Source of the DNA: Andalucia godoyi And28
Lineage: Eukaryota; Protista; Jakobida
DNA: 64,000 nucleotides
Assembly: GCA_009859145.1 (NCBI GenBank)
Contig: VRVR01000034.1
Span: 233,822-297,821 of the forward strand
Reading direction: 5' to 3'
A program made the translations under genes and the position numbers. Each line of letters opens with the position of its first letter. The stretch's first letter is position 1. Below, piece by piece: positions 1 to 10,604 of the stretch. The notes below the pieces were generated by a model. The model ran no database searches. It saw only the letters and a list, made by a program, of their open reading frames with translations, and was not told the DNA's origin.

Positions 1-105
1 TACAAAGCGCATAATCAGCGACGTCTTCCCGACGGCGCCGTCCCCCAGCACCACGACTTTGAATCGATGAATCCTTGTCTCCTCATCACTACTCGAATCC
101 GCCAT
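1..105 (-). CDS. RAB28: Rab-family small GTPase, Rab28-like (5' part; runs off the window start)
   Basis: The reverse strand from the ATG at 105 reads MADSSSDEETRIHRFKVVVLGDGAVGKTSLIMRFV. This contains the P-loop GDGAVGKT after an acidic SDEE N-terminus, as in Rab28. It is not in the ORF track. Confidence 0.75.
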   Translation of the reverse strand, partial: MADSSSDEETRIHRFKVVVLGDGAVGKTSLIMRFV

Positions 106-403
106 CTTCCTATCGCGTCTCCTACCTCTGATTTTCCTCCCACCCAACAAGGCAAGAAAAATAATAATAACAATAATAACAATAATATATATATATGTAT
201 AATTGAAAAAACAAAAGATCGTATAGAAAAAGATGACAAAGGAAACCCGAAAAACACACGCAAAGAAACACGTGGGTTTTTGGGTCCATATGTAGCTACG
301 ACAGCGGCGATGGCTACCATGTCACGGAAGGAAACAGCGATGGCAGCGGAGAGGGTGGGAGAGTGGGGCAAAACAAAGAGTAAGCTCCGTTGAAATGGGC
401 CAG

Positions 404-1432
404 TCAGCAGTGGGCAGACAGGATCCGATCGACAGCCTCCTCCACGTCTGCGGTCACCATATGTGCAGGGTCGTGGGGGTCGTTTGCTGGTCCTTGGAAG
501 CATCCGGTGCGTACAAGCACACTCTTCCAGCGATCTCCGGCGCGGTTTGCTCCTCGGACATCCGCTCGAGGATTATCGCCAACCCCGTAGAAGGCTTCGA
601 TCGGCCCGCCGGCCACCCTCTCGAGAAGGTCCTCTGCGTATTCGTATGTGATTCGATGCGGCTTGCCAGTCCGCGAAAAGACCAATTTGCGTGCGTGATG
701 CGGCTTGTCATGGTCTTCCGTGCGCACGGATTCCAGATTGACGCGTCTCCACATTGCCTGCAAGAACTCCTCAAAGGCCGCCTGTGCGATGCGCGGGGCG
801 ATCCAACGGCCTGCAAACACGACATCTTCGTTGGTGTTCCACAGAAGTGCCTGCGGACGATCTACATATCCGTGGAGCGGCTTATTCAGGATGCCGTCCT
901 GGCTACGCAGGACATCGAGTATGATCTGCACATCTCGTGTCAAATGCACCGAGTCATGCACCAGGAACACTCTTTTAATCGGCTGGTCAAAGATGCCGAT
1001 GGTCCGCAGAAGATCCACGCGGTCTGCCGGTACCTCTGCAGGCGTAATAAATGGGTATAACAGCGGTTGCAAGGCATGTAGTTCCTCGACAGTGACATAT
1101 GGAATCTGAAGAGAATCACCAATCTCGTTCAGGTCTCCGTGCCCGGCAATCAGCGTGAAACCCTGTCGGAACTCCGTGCTCTGCTTCTGCACAACAGACC
1201 GCAAAGGAGAGTGCGATAGGATCATTCTCGAGGGATTCACAGGCATACCAAGCACTGTGGAAAGCCGCTCTGCTCGTACCCGCTCCGTGCATCCTCCTCC
1301 GTTTGTCACGAACACATACGGAACCTTGTGCTTCTCAAGCTTGCTCAGCGCTCGCACTGCACCCGGGATCGGATTCCGACCCAGAACAACGCACCCATCA
1401 ATGTCCAGTGCTAGCCCTACCTTACGAAGCAT
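404..1432 (-). CDS. HAD-superfamily hydrolase, class IIA, CECR5/HDHD5-like
   Basis: Motifs LALDIDG (HAD motif I), FVTNGGG, GKP and GVGDNPRADVRGAN. The start is placed at the ATG at 1432 (MLRKVGLALDIDG). The longer 404..1675 ORF begins at TTG and crosses microsatellite sequence. Confidence 0.9.
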   Translation of the reverse strand: MLRKVGLALDIDGCVVLGRNPIPGAVRALSKLEKHKVPYVFVTNGGGCTERVRAERLSTVLGMPVNPSRMILSHSPLRSVVQKQSTEFRQGFTLIAGHGDLNEIGDSLQIPYVTVEELHALQPLLYPFITPAEVPADRVDLLRTIGIFDQPIKRVFLVHDSVHLTRDVQIILDVLRSQDGILNKPLHGYVDRPQALLWNTNEDVVFAGRWIAPRIAQAAFEEFLQAMWRRVNLESVRTEDHDKPHHARKLVFSRTGKPHRITYEYAEDLLERVAGGPIEAFYGVGDNPRADVRGANRAGDRWKSVLVRTGCFQGPANDPHDPAHMVTADVEEAVDRILSAHC

Positions 1433-1560
1433 CCGCAGCCCTGCCCAATTCGCTGTATTGTTTCCCTTCCTATGCCTGCTCTCTCTCTCTCTCTCTCTCT
1501 CCCTCCAGCGCGAAAAAAGAAAACCTTCTTTCCGAGTGCAAAGCGGCACTGCTGCTGGTT

Positions 1561-1590
1561 TCGGGGGATTTCGGGGGATTTCGGGGGATT
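1561..1590. repeat. 10-bp tandem repeat (TCGGGGGATT)x3, with a degenerate fourth copy near 1600-1609
   Basis: Read directly from the sequence; it lies upstream of the HAD gene start. Confidence 0.9.
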
Positions 1591-1651
1591 TCCTTTTCGT
1601 CGGGGATTTTCCTTTCCTTTTCTTTTCTTTGTGTGTTGGTGTCGTTTTCGT

Positions 1652-1825
1652 CAACCCCAAATGTCTGGATAGCATGGCTCAGTTGACAGCCGTCGACATT
1701 GTTGTTGAATGAAGGCCGTCGCCGCAGCGTAGGTGTGCAGGTCGACGCCCAATGAGACGCTGTCGAATACGGAGCTGTTTGAGGCGCAGTATGCGAGACA
1801 AATGTTTAGAGAGTGGTTGGGTTGG
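1652..1825. repeat. Dispersed repeat, copy A (MITE- or SINE-like, or ncRNA)
   Basis: The core 1730-1820 matches 49371-49463 with 3 substitutions and a 2-nt indel. Weaker similarity extends 5' to caaccccaaatgtct. Confidence 0.9.
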
Positions 1826-2015
1826 TAGGTAACGTCTTTTCTCAGTTTTTCAAAGCTATGCAGCGCTCGAACGCTGCAAAAATGAGATGTTTGTTTTCGC
1901 TCTGCTTTCCGTGGCGCAGAAAGCAAGTCCCGCATGTTAACATTGAAGAGGTGCTGCTATCTGAAGATGATAGTCGTTCAAGAACAGCTCCGAGAATGGT
2001 TCTAGCAAACGGTTT

Positions 2016-2016
<1 letters not shown>

Positions 2017-2084
<68 letters not shown>
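2017..2084. repeat. (CT)n microsatellite
   Basis: About 34 CT units read directly. Confidence 0.95.
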
Positions 2085-2087
<3 letters not shown>

Positions 2088-2175
2088 TCCTCTTGATCCA
2101 CGCTCCCAGTCAATTTACTCCCGATGTAGTGGGTTACTAATGTGTTTGTTTTGTTTTGTTTTTGGCCGTTGTTGC

Positions 2176-4813
2176 ATGCAATGGGTTGAGAACTGGATAG
2201 CACGTGATGGTCGGCGGAAAATCTTCTTGGTGTCGGAGGAGTTTGTGGATTCGTTTGAAGGAATCATGCTCCAAGCGGAATACTCTGATGTCGTATTGGA
2301 AAACCTTGATTTTGGCACAGGTCTTGCGCAGAAGCTTTGGGATCTATCCAGACTTGATCGGAACATCAGATACTTGAAACTCCACAGATGCAAGGAGCTG
2401 AATATTCCACTCGATCACGAGTTTCCGCTCTTTGCATTCCCTGCGTTTTCATTCCTCACTCATTTGAGCATATGCTGTACGTTCACACTCCGTCCTTTTT
2501 TGCATGCATTCACTTCTTCTTCCTCCTCTTCTTCCTCCTCTTCTTGTGGTTCTGGCTGTTTTTATGTGGAAATACGATAACCGTCACTCACGCATGTTGT
2601 CTGCAGTGCCATATTTCCCATCGCGGATCTCGCTTTGCAATCTCATGAATAGCTTCCATTCGCGCTTGGTCACTTTTAAGTTGGGCACGGTGACCGGGGT
2701 CCTTTCCGATCATCCGAGTATTCACGATGCGTTGGCCAGTTTCTTTCTGCGAAGCAAGGATCTGCAGAACGTGGTGGTGGAGAGCGTGGAAATGCATCGA
2801 TCCGTTGTTTTGACGGTTCTGAGAAGTGTTCACAAACTTCGGTTTCTTAAGTCTCTTTTGCTAAGCATTTCTTGGTTGGATGTGTCTGTGGAGGACGAGG
2901 AATCTGCTGCCAGCGCCACTGATGATGAGATAGCTGTCGACCGAAAGACACTCACGCTGCTTATTGGAACCCTTCCGTATGCTTGTCGAAATCTAGAGTC
3001 CTTGACGGTGCGGCTTCTGCCTGTCTCTGTTGATCGAACGCTTCAAACGTTGGTTCAATCGGTACAATTCGTGCCACTTCGAAAGCCTGGGAGCAACGAC
3101 TGTGAGTATTGTGGAGGGCACTGCGTTTGTTTTCGCCAGTTCTTGACGTCTTCTGAATCGCCCAAGATTCCGATGTCCGGTGGCATTGCAGCCGATGCAG
3201 AGGCTGATGTCAACAGACCGATATCCAAGTTGACGAAGCTTCGATTTTCGAAAATACGTGAGCACCCGCGTTATAATCGAGATGAATCAGTGTGGGACAA
3301 GAATGATTACTGGACGAAAGTATACTCGCATCTACACATCGACACCCTCGAAATCGAGTCTTGTACAATTTCCGGACCGCATGCGCAGGCGCTCCTGCAA
3401 GGGTGTTCCAACGGTCATTTCAACAGCGTTTCTCTCGCTAGAACTACTGTCTCCATTCGCGAATACGCGGGTGTCCGAGAGAATCTGTGCTCCATGCTGT
3501 CGCGAGATCCTCCGATCACTTCCATGCAGCTTGTATTCAGCGCATTTCTTGTTGACGAAGAAATGATTTCGATGCATGTGAAGTCGTCGAATATGCATCT
3601 GCGGTACATTCACGTCGGGTTCAATACGAATGCGGCCGACAGGAAAGTAATCAAGATTTTGCAGACAAATCGCGATTTGCACAATGCAATGACCTCTCGA
3701 GCTGGCATCGTCGGCGTGGGAAGACTGCTAACACTGAGCCAGCTTCACAGTGGAGAGCGGCAGCATGCTCGCTGTGGTGACACGCATCTTCCTTTGTCCA
3801 TCTTCGGCCTCGAGTATTCCAGAATCTTTGGTTTTCAATTTATGACTCCACATGCTGTTTTGGATCTTGTGCAGCATGTAACTGTTTCCGTGCCTTTTCA
3901 TTCCTTGCATTCCATATTTCAAGTCCTTCGTGCTGTTTTTGCAATACACTTTGTGAACCACCGGCTTCCCGCGACCCTTCCGTCCTCGGAATACATGCTC
4001 GGCTGCGTCGTATTTTTTGTCACTTGCGGCTGGATCGTGGTACGCTGCGTTGAAGTGTCGGCCATCCTTCAAGAGTTGGTTCTCGTCTTTCCGTTTCTCG
4101 AAGTGGGCGGCCAGGTCGTATCGCGGCCGTTGTACGATGCCGATGACGCTGCTGATTTGTGCAGGAGCATTCCAGAGGATGATGGGCTTGAGTTGCTGGT
4201 GATTTCTGGATTTTCTTCGTTCATGGAGGCCGTTCAACGCACTGCTGCTCCGCACTTGCGGCACATCTTTGCACAGTCCCCGGGTGCAAGAAGTCCAGTA
4301 CTTCCCAGCTGCAATACGACAGTCGAGACGTTCGTCGAGGTGCAGAATTGCATATTCACTGTTCAGACGACTGTCGACCATAGCCACTCGCGTGTGGACA
4401 TCCTTCCTGTGCCGTTTTCTTTCGCGGTCTTGTCGCCAAGCATCCGCTCTCAATATGAACTCGGAGAGCAGATCCTGGGCGATCTTGAGATGTTGCCCGA
4501 GATCTCCTCGGCTGCGTATGATGGTATTGTGGAATATCTTGTGTTTGGCTCCATGAAGTGTGCTTTGCGGCCGTCATGTGTTTCAGACTTGCTTCGTGAA
4601 TTGCCGGTGTTCATGCTCTCCGACATCGACTCGGAATTAGATGAATATGTCTCTCGTTTCCTTAGTGACATGACTCTGCGCAAGTGCCTCGGATACTCCA
4701 AGAAGGAGCTGGAGATGCTGCGTGAACACGCGGAAATCCACCACCTGTCTCGCACGATTAATGTATTGCACGACTTGGAGCATCGTTTTGAGTGGTCAAA
4801 GCTCTGCGTGTGA
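2176..4813 (+). CDS. Orphan protein with an LRR-like N-terminal half and a BTB-like C-terminal domain; intron 2477-2606
   Basis: ORFs 1813..2580 and 2504..4813 join in frame through a GTACGT...CTGCAG intron (2477-2606, phase 1), giving HLSIC-L-PYFPSR. It has LxxLxL periodicity (IRYLKLHRC, HIDTLEIESC) and C-terminal SAAYDGIVEYLVFGSM, which resembles a BTB helix. An upstream in-frame ATG at 1858 is possible. Confidence 0.55.
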
Positions 4814-5005
4814 AGTGTTGTCTATTGCCAGTATGGGCATTGGTTCATGGGTTCTATTATGTATCCGCTACGTTTACTATACTTTTACATCATTTTGGCC
4901 AAAATCAATAATAATAATAATAATAATAATGAAATTGATGTATACATAAAATAATAAATAAAACAGATTAGTGGGAGTGGTTTCTAAACAGGAATTGGAT
5001 AGGCT

Positions 5006-5645
5006 CTAAGGGTTGGACGGCGACGCTGCTGCCGCGAAAGAGAGTGTGTCGGCCATGGCCACAAACATTGCCAAGCAATATCTCGGAATACCATAGCCAT
5101 CACGGATGACTCTCGCGGTCAAAAAGGCGTCTTGTAGTGCACCTGTAGCCGTCTTCAGTCTTACTGGGAACTGGAGTTCGTTGACTTGTTCATCGGTGAC
5201 AAACTTGGAGAGGTTCTGCATCATGAATGGATAGGTCCGGTCGTCGAACAAGTCGTACGGTGACCGACACGGGTTGTCCAAGTACGAGGCGGATGCCATC
5301 AAGATCTCCATCAACTGGGAATTATATTTGTAGATCTTGGAGTCGAGGGGAATCGAAATAAAGGCTGGGCACCAGATTATATTCACCATGTCTTCCCAGG
5401 ATTTCAGCGTCTCCATCACACACAGTTCGATCGCAGCTTCCTCATCGACAGACAGTTTCACAGTTTGCTTTTTCCTCCGAGCCATTTCCTCTAGCCTCCG
5501 ATGCAGGTCATCCATTGCAACCATCGCATCGACACGGCTTTCCAGACTCATCTCGATCTTTGCACAGCTCGCAAGGAGCGTCGTCAACGTGCTTTTGTCG
5601 GAGCCCGGGCCCGAGTATGGTCCTGAACCTGGTCCTGACCCTGAC

Positions 5646-5694
<49 letters not shown>

Positions 5695-6586
5695 TCAATC
5701 CAGAACTCGCAGAGGATTGCGATGGTGAAGGGAAGGGCGAACCTACACAAGGACCCATATCAAGAATTCGGTCTTGATTGCTATTCAAAGAGACCATTCG
5801 CGGTAGGCATGCTCCACAAACCTTGCCGTCACCCACACGTCCTCTACATTTGGAACACTCATTGTTCTGCGTCCTCTCTGCAACGGTTTCATGTGCTGGA
5901 GCCAACTCTCGATTGTCACGTACATTTGCATCTCGCAGAACCCCGCTGCCGCAACGCTCATCGACTCCCATAGTGGACATCGGCATTCGCATCTGCATCG
6001 TCGGATATGCCAACAAGGGCATGCTGTACATCGCAGCATGACTCGCATTCATGATCTTGTGTGCGAACATCTGCGGGTTTCCGAACACCAAATGGTGATG
6101 TTGCGGATGGAGAGAAAAGGACACGGGCTGCACACCATCAGAAGCGCCAGTCATGAAATCCTGAGGAGGACGCCCCTTTCTCGTCTGTGGCGCAGAAGCA
6201 GTCGGCAAGTTTGCTGTGTTTCCTACAGAAGAAGCTCCATGTGTACACCCAAATGGAGGTACGTTCCGAGGTGGCTCAGAAGCTTGGTTGAACGCGTTGG
6301 AGAAGTCCAAAAACTTTGTCTCGGTCGCTCTTTCAGACCCAGAGCCCGAGCCTTCGAAAGGTATGGCGGACCCAATGCGAGGTGGCGGTCCCCTGCGCTT
6401 GCGCACGGGATACAAGCACTGATTCCCGATGCCTCTTTCTACACACCGAGAACACGGAGATTTGCCGTCGCACGATCGATGCACAGATCGACACTGTGTA
6501 CACGCCTGTGGGGCACGCAGTCTGCGGCTACTCACAACAGAATCATCTTCGTGCTTTGGGCATTGCAATCTCTCTTCATCACTCAT
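5006..6586 (-). CDS. Zn(II)2Cys6 binuclear-cluster transcription factor with a C-terminal PAS-like domain
   Basis: ACTQCRSVHRSCDGKSPCSRCVERGIGNQC fits CxxCx6Cx5CxxCx8C and is followed by basic RKRRGPP. There is a GS-repeat linker, and the C-terminal ~110 aa has a PAS-like beta/alpha pattern. Confidence 0.85.
5623..5694. repeat. Coding hexamer repeat (CCTGAG/CCTGAC)n encoding the (SG)n linker
   Basis: Read directly; it translates as SGSGSG... on the minus strand. Confidence 0.9.
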
Positions 6587-6743
6587 CCCTACTCTTGAAG
6601 CACCTGTGTCAACAATATCAACAATATCGCTGTTACTGCTACTGCTGTTGGCTGCTGCAACTATGACTATATAACAGAAAGGAAACTAAGAAAGCTGTTA
6701 TATATAAACAGAAGAACAGTGGGAAGAATGCAAAAAGAAATAA

Positions 6744-6792
<49 letters not shown>

Positions 6793-7794
6793 TTGCTTCG
6801 AACAGCAAAAGACGGCCACAAGAAGTGGTGTTCAAGAGACTGGACGAACCTCGTAATAAGCCGACTGCAGGAAACAAAAGATCACGGAGAAAAATGAAGG
6901 AATGAGCAAGGAACAGTGAAGGAAGGAATCAGGAAAAGAACGGCAGGAAAGAACGGGACAAGTGGGAGCGGCTCGCAAGCCGTGACGTACGAACGCACGC
7001 TTTTTTGCCCTCGATTGGACCAGTTCTGCTTACAACCGATCCCCGTGGAGCAGAGCAGAACGGTCAAAGCAGCGAGCCGAGAGTGCTCGTGCGATCAGCT
7101 CTCGCGTTCCCAAATGAGCGATGAGCAGGAAAGTTCAGCTCCTGCGTTGCGATTCTGAAACACCTGCCTTGTCAGAGCAGACTCGCGGAAACATATCAAA
7201 AAAAACGATAGGCGAGATGGGGGGTGAACATTCGGTGACCCCCCCTCATTCCAAGTTTATGAAGTCCATATGTGTCGAGGTGCGAGGATGCTTAGTCCAC
7301 TCAACGTTCGAAGAAGACGCATGCTGAGCACCAAAAATATGAGCCACCACGTTTTGCAGTGTCTTGGAGGGACGAAGGAGTAGAGGGAAACGAAGATGCA
7401 ATGACATACTTTTATGATTCTTTTTACATATTTTTGACGCTTACGCGCTGACATCGAGGATTTGACAGACAAGTTGACCGATCATCCATGCAAAACGTAA
7501 CGTCGACGCAGCTTCCTGCAAGTTCTTTCTCTGGGGTTCTCAAGCTGATCCCATCCCATTTTCCTTCTTCCTTCTTCCTTCTTCTCTTTCTTTTTCAGTT
7601 GGATTTAGGGAGGGGGACAAGGAAGTTGAAAAATGCCGATCCTTCTTCTCGCACGCAGCGTTGACGTGTCTCCGCAGTCCGTTTGACGAAAGGGGGGGGA
7701 GGATATGATCGCGCTCCTTCATCTGAATCGCAAACGAAGAAGTAAGAGGAGACGTGTTGGTATGCATCTTCCGTTGGGGTCTGCCGAGTTCAGA

Positions 7795-8937
7795 CTACTT
7801 GGGATGATGGCGCGGATTGTGCTGCTGCCATTGAAGGGGTCTGTTCAGCGCAGAGTGTTCCAAATGAACAAGGTCGTCCACGACCATGTCGATTGGTAGT
7901 GGCCGCTTCACCCCTTTTGGAGGCAAGAACTGGACTTTCTGGAACGGAGCTTCGGGTGCACGGTCGCTCCCAGATGCACCAAGGAGCACGGACGCCCAGT
8001 GCGATTGAGGAGTCGGTTGGCTGATGATGCCCTTTGCTGCTTGGACAATTGCTAGCCAGTCCCATTCGTCGTCATCTTGCGGAGCTCCCATCAGAGAAGA
8101 GGGGCCACCTGCGCCACCAATGCCGCCCATGCCATGACTGTGACTGCTTTCTGTGCCTGCAGATCCAGAACCATTTTGAACCTCTGACGACGACGACAAG
8201 GATGATGATGATGAAGCAAAGGAAGAGGAAGCGGAAGAGGAAGCGGAAGAGGAAGAGGAACTATGATCAATGCGCTTGTGGTGAGGAATTGCGTCTCGTG
8301 GGACATAGTCGATGAGGAAATCAAAGATGTCTGTCTGAAACACCGCGTTGACCATGTCCGAGCCCTGGATCGTCCTTCGTTTTTCATTCGTCGCATGGAC
8401 GAATGCCCGCGTTGTCAACTCGGCCATGAACAGCTCTGTCAATTTCGACAAGAGAAACGGAATTTCCTGTCCAATAAACACCCCCTTTTGTTTTTGTCCG
8501 AACATTGGATGCGATGACTGTGAAGCCGCTGCCGAGAATTCCACAGCACTTCCTTCGTCCGCAGCGCCTTCCGATGACGACGCGATCCTGCTGGACCCAA
8601 CTTGCTGACTCGCAGCAACTGCGGTGCGCCCATCTCCATCCGACAAGGAGCTGCTCGACGCGGCGCCGCTGATTGGAAGCTTCGGTACCGGTAACGACGG
8701 CGCGCTATCAAAACTCCGCTCAAGCGAATCAAGAATCGAAGAGTACTCAGACTCTAGGACAACATGTGCAAGCTCATGCTTCAACAGCGATCGGATTCGA
8801 TGCGCTGGAATCTTTGCGTTTTTGATGTGTTCCCGAGCATTGCGCTTACACTCCTCCAACATCGTGCCATATAATTCGCTGAGCGTCTGCACATTCGCCG
8901 CCGAAAGCTCAGAAGACAGCGATGCGTCTCGAAACAT
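7795..8937 (-). CDS. NFYC: NF-YC/HAP5-like histone-fold protein with a large internal insertion
   Basis: IPAHRIRSLLK matches helix 1 (cf. LPLARIKKIMK). EIPFLLSKLTELFMAELTTRA...EKRRTIQGSDMVNAVFQTDIFDFLIDYVPR matches the NF-YC C-terminal histone fold and the FDFLxDxVPR signature. Confidence 0.85.
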   Translation of the reverse strand: MFRDASLSSELSAANVQTLSELYGTMLEECKRNAREHIKNAKIPAHRIRSLLKHELAHVVLESEYSSILDSLERSFDSAPSLPVPKLPISGAASSSSLSDGDGRTAVAASQQVGSSRIASSSEGAADEGSAVEFSAAASQSSHPMFGQKQKGVFIGQEIPFLLSKLTELFMAELTTRAFVHATNEKRRTIQGSDMVNAVFQTDIFDFLIDYVPRDAIPHHKRIDHSSSSSSASSSASSSFASSSSSLSSSSEVQNGSGSAGTESSHSHGMGGIGGAGGPSSLMGAPQDDDEWDWLAIVQAAKGIISQPTPQSHWASVLLGASGSDRAPEAPFQKVQFLPPKGVKRPLPIDMVVDDLVHLEHSALNRPLQWQQHNPRHHPK

Positions 8938-9579
8938 TCAGGAACGTCGTGCGATCAAACAAACCCGACTACGCCAATCTGTGTGCCGATTCAGTATGCA
9001 GAGCATCCAGAGCGTTAGCCCCCCTGTTTACGTACGTACTGGTACGTGCTTCGGTAGGTCAGTAAGTACTGTTGTGTGTTCTGCGGCGTACTTCTTTAGT
9101 CGGGAGAAGAAGAGGCTGAAAACACGATTTCCGGAAAGGGACGGCGCTTGCGGGAATTTGACGGTACAGCAAAATCCAACACTGTAGTCAGGAAACGTAA
9201 CGTCCGGAATGCGCCACGTGTGACGCACGGGCGAGTAGCTGAATAAAATGACGGATAGGGAAGGTGGATGAACGGAGCCGGGCGGTGTAGGAGCCAGTCG
9301 AGCATTTAGTAGTTTTTGTCTGGAAAAATCTACAAAGGTGGTGGTGGGAAATGAAGTGCAAGTGCACAACGGTGGGGTGGAAAGGGGGGGTCAGAAACCG
9401 ATTGACCACTGCCACGTGGCTTGCTTCTACATTTCCCTCCTGCCTGACTTCGCTGGTTCCAAGCAACGCAGCAAATAGACAGAAGTTAATCATTATTCTA
9501 ACTTTTAAAGGGCATGAATACATTACAGACAACCGACAGACGCCCTGGCGAGCAGTACACCGTGCGCTCAGGTCACCGC

Positions 9580-10362
9580 TCACGGCTCCGATGACTCTTG
9601 CAAAAGACCAGTTTTCATGCCTTTCGACATATGTTTCTGTTGCCGATCGAGGGATTCGAATGATTTGAACTGCGAGCCATCGGAAGCGGGCCGGAGAGAG
9701 CGGCAGGCAAGCAAATGCGGATGCGACACTTTGGCACAGATGAACTCGGCTGCGGTAACCAGTAATTTGATAAAGAAGAAGAAGCCGGCGGCCACCACCA
9801 GGTGCGCAAACACGCCTGTTTGCGAAGCTTGGCACTGTGAAGAAACGGATGCGAGCAAGTTGTCAACAAGCAGCAAGGAAAGCATGAGCAAGTGCAGCGT
9901 CCATACGAGACGCTGTTCGAACGGGCGGAAATACCAGACGTGGTTCGGGGCCACATTAACATCCAGAGAGAGGATCACAAACATGGACAGAAGCACCATT
10001 CCGATCGCCAAAATCATATTGAGTATTTGCAACGGTTCGTGCTGAATGTCTGGTGAGAGCACCACCGAAGACAGCACGCACATGACTAGTGAGCAAGGGA
10101 CGGTGCACACGACGAAAAACCTGCACCGAAAGTCAGACTGCAGAAACGACGACTTACACGCGGCCCAATTAGAGAGACACGACCCAACTGCTTGCGGAAA
10201 GGCAAAGACCAAGTACAGCGTAATTGTGACAAACGAGAGAAGTTCAGCAACCGAGTTGTTCGCGAGCACACCAATGATGTCGGTGATGCTCACAGTCACA
10301 ACAGTGCTCAAGAACAACACTGCAAGCAGCCACAAGTAGGCCCACGAAGCCACTTCATTCAT
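9580..10362 (-). CDS. Orphan ~6-TM membrane protein (paralogue of 10605..11348)
   Basis: Long ORF with six hydrophobic segments. It shares SWAY, TLYLV, SDFRC, QRxVWxLH and FxKLLVTxAE with the neighbouring gene. Confidence 0.75.
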   Translation of the reverse strand: MNEVASWAYLWLLAVLFLSTVVTVSITDIIGVLANNSVAELLSFVTITLYLVFAFPQAVGSCLSNWAACKSSFLQSDFRCRFFVVCTVPCSLVMCVLSSVVLSPDIQHEPLQILNMILAIGMVLLSMFVILSLDVNVAPNHVWYFRPFEQRLVWTLHLLMLSLLLVDNLLASVSSQCQASQTGVFAHLVVAAGFFFFIKLLVTAAEFICAKVSHPHLLACRSLRPASDGSQFKSFESLDRQQKHMSKGMKTGLLQESSEP

Positions 10363-10604
10363 CACAGTAAATCAGCAATCAAAAACAAAACAAAAAAGAA
10401 AACAATCTCTACACTGCCCCCCTCTTTGCCATTTGCAGCAACAGGAAGGACAGCAGCACAAAAGAAAACACTCGATTCGAGCCGGGAAGATGAGAAACTT
10501 CCCATAGTGCTCAAGCACGCCTCGAGTATGTCGGAAGAGGGGTTCCGCGCGGCACGCGTGACGAGATGGACGTGGAGGGGGAACGCGAGGAGAGCGAGGG
10601 CGTG

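Noticed and set aside
67-393. 108-aa plus-strand ORF
   Set aside because: It is built from AAT/AAC microsatellite and spacer sequence and overlaps the real Rab28-like start on the minus strand.
395-1060. 221-aa plus-strand ORF and many similar long ORFs (e.g. 15469..16290, 19072..19776, 39373..40155, 45268..46092)
   Set aside because: They are antisense or alternative-frame shadows of well-supported genes on the opposite strand, with no motifs of their own.
9213-9420. G-box/E-box palindromes (GCCACGTG at 9213, GCCACGTGGC at 9411; also TCACGTGAC at 46620)
   Set aside because: They are plausible bHLH/bZIP sites, but too short and too few to support without genome-wide statistics.
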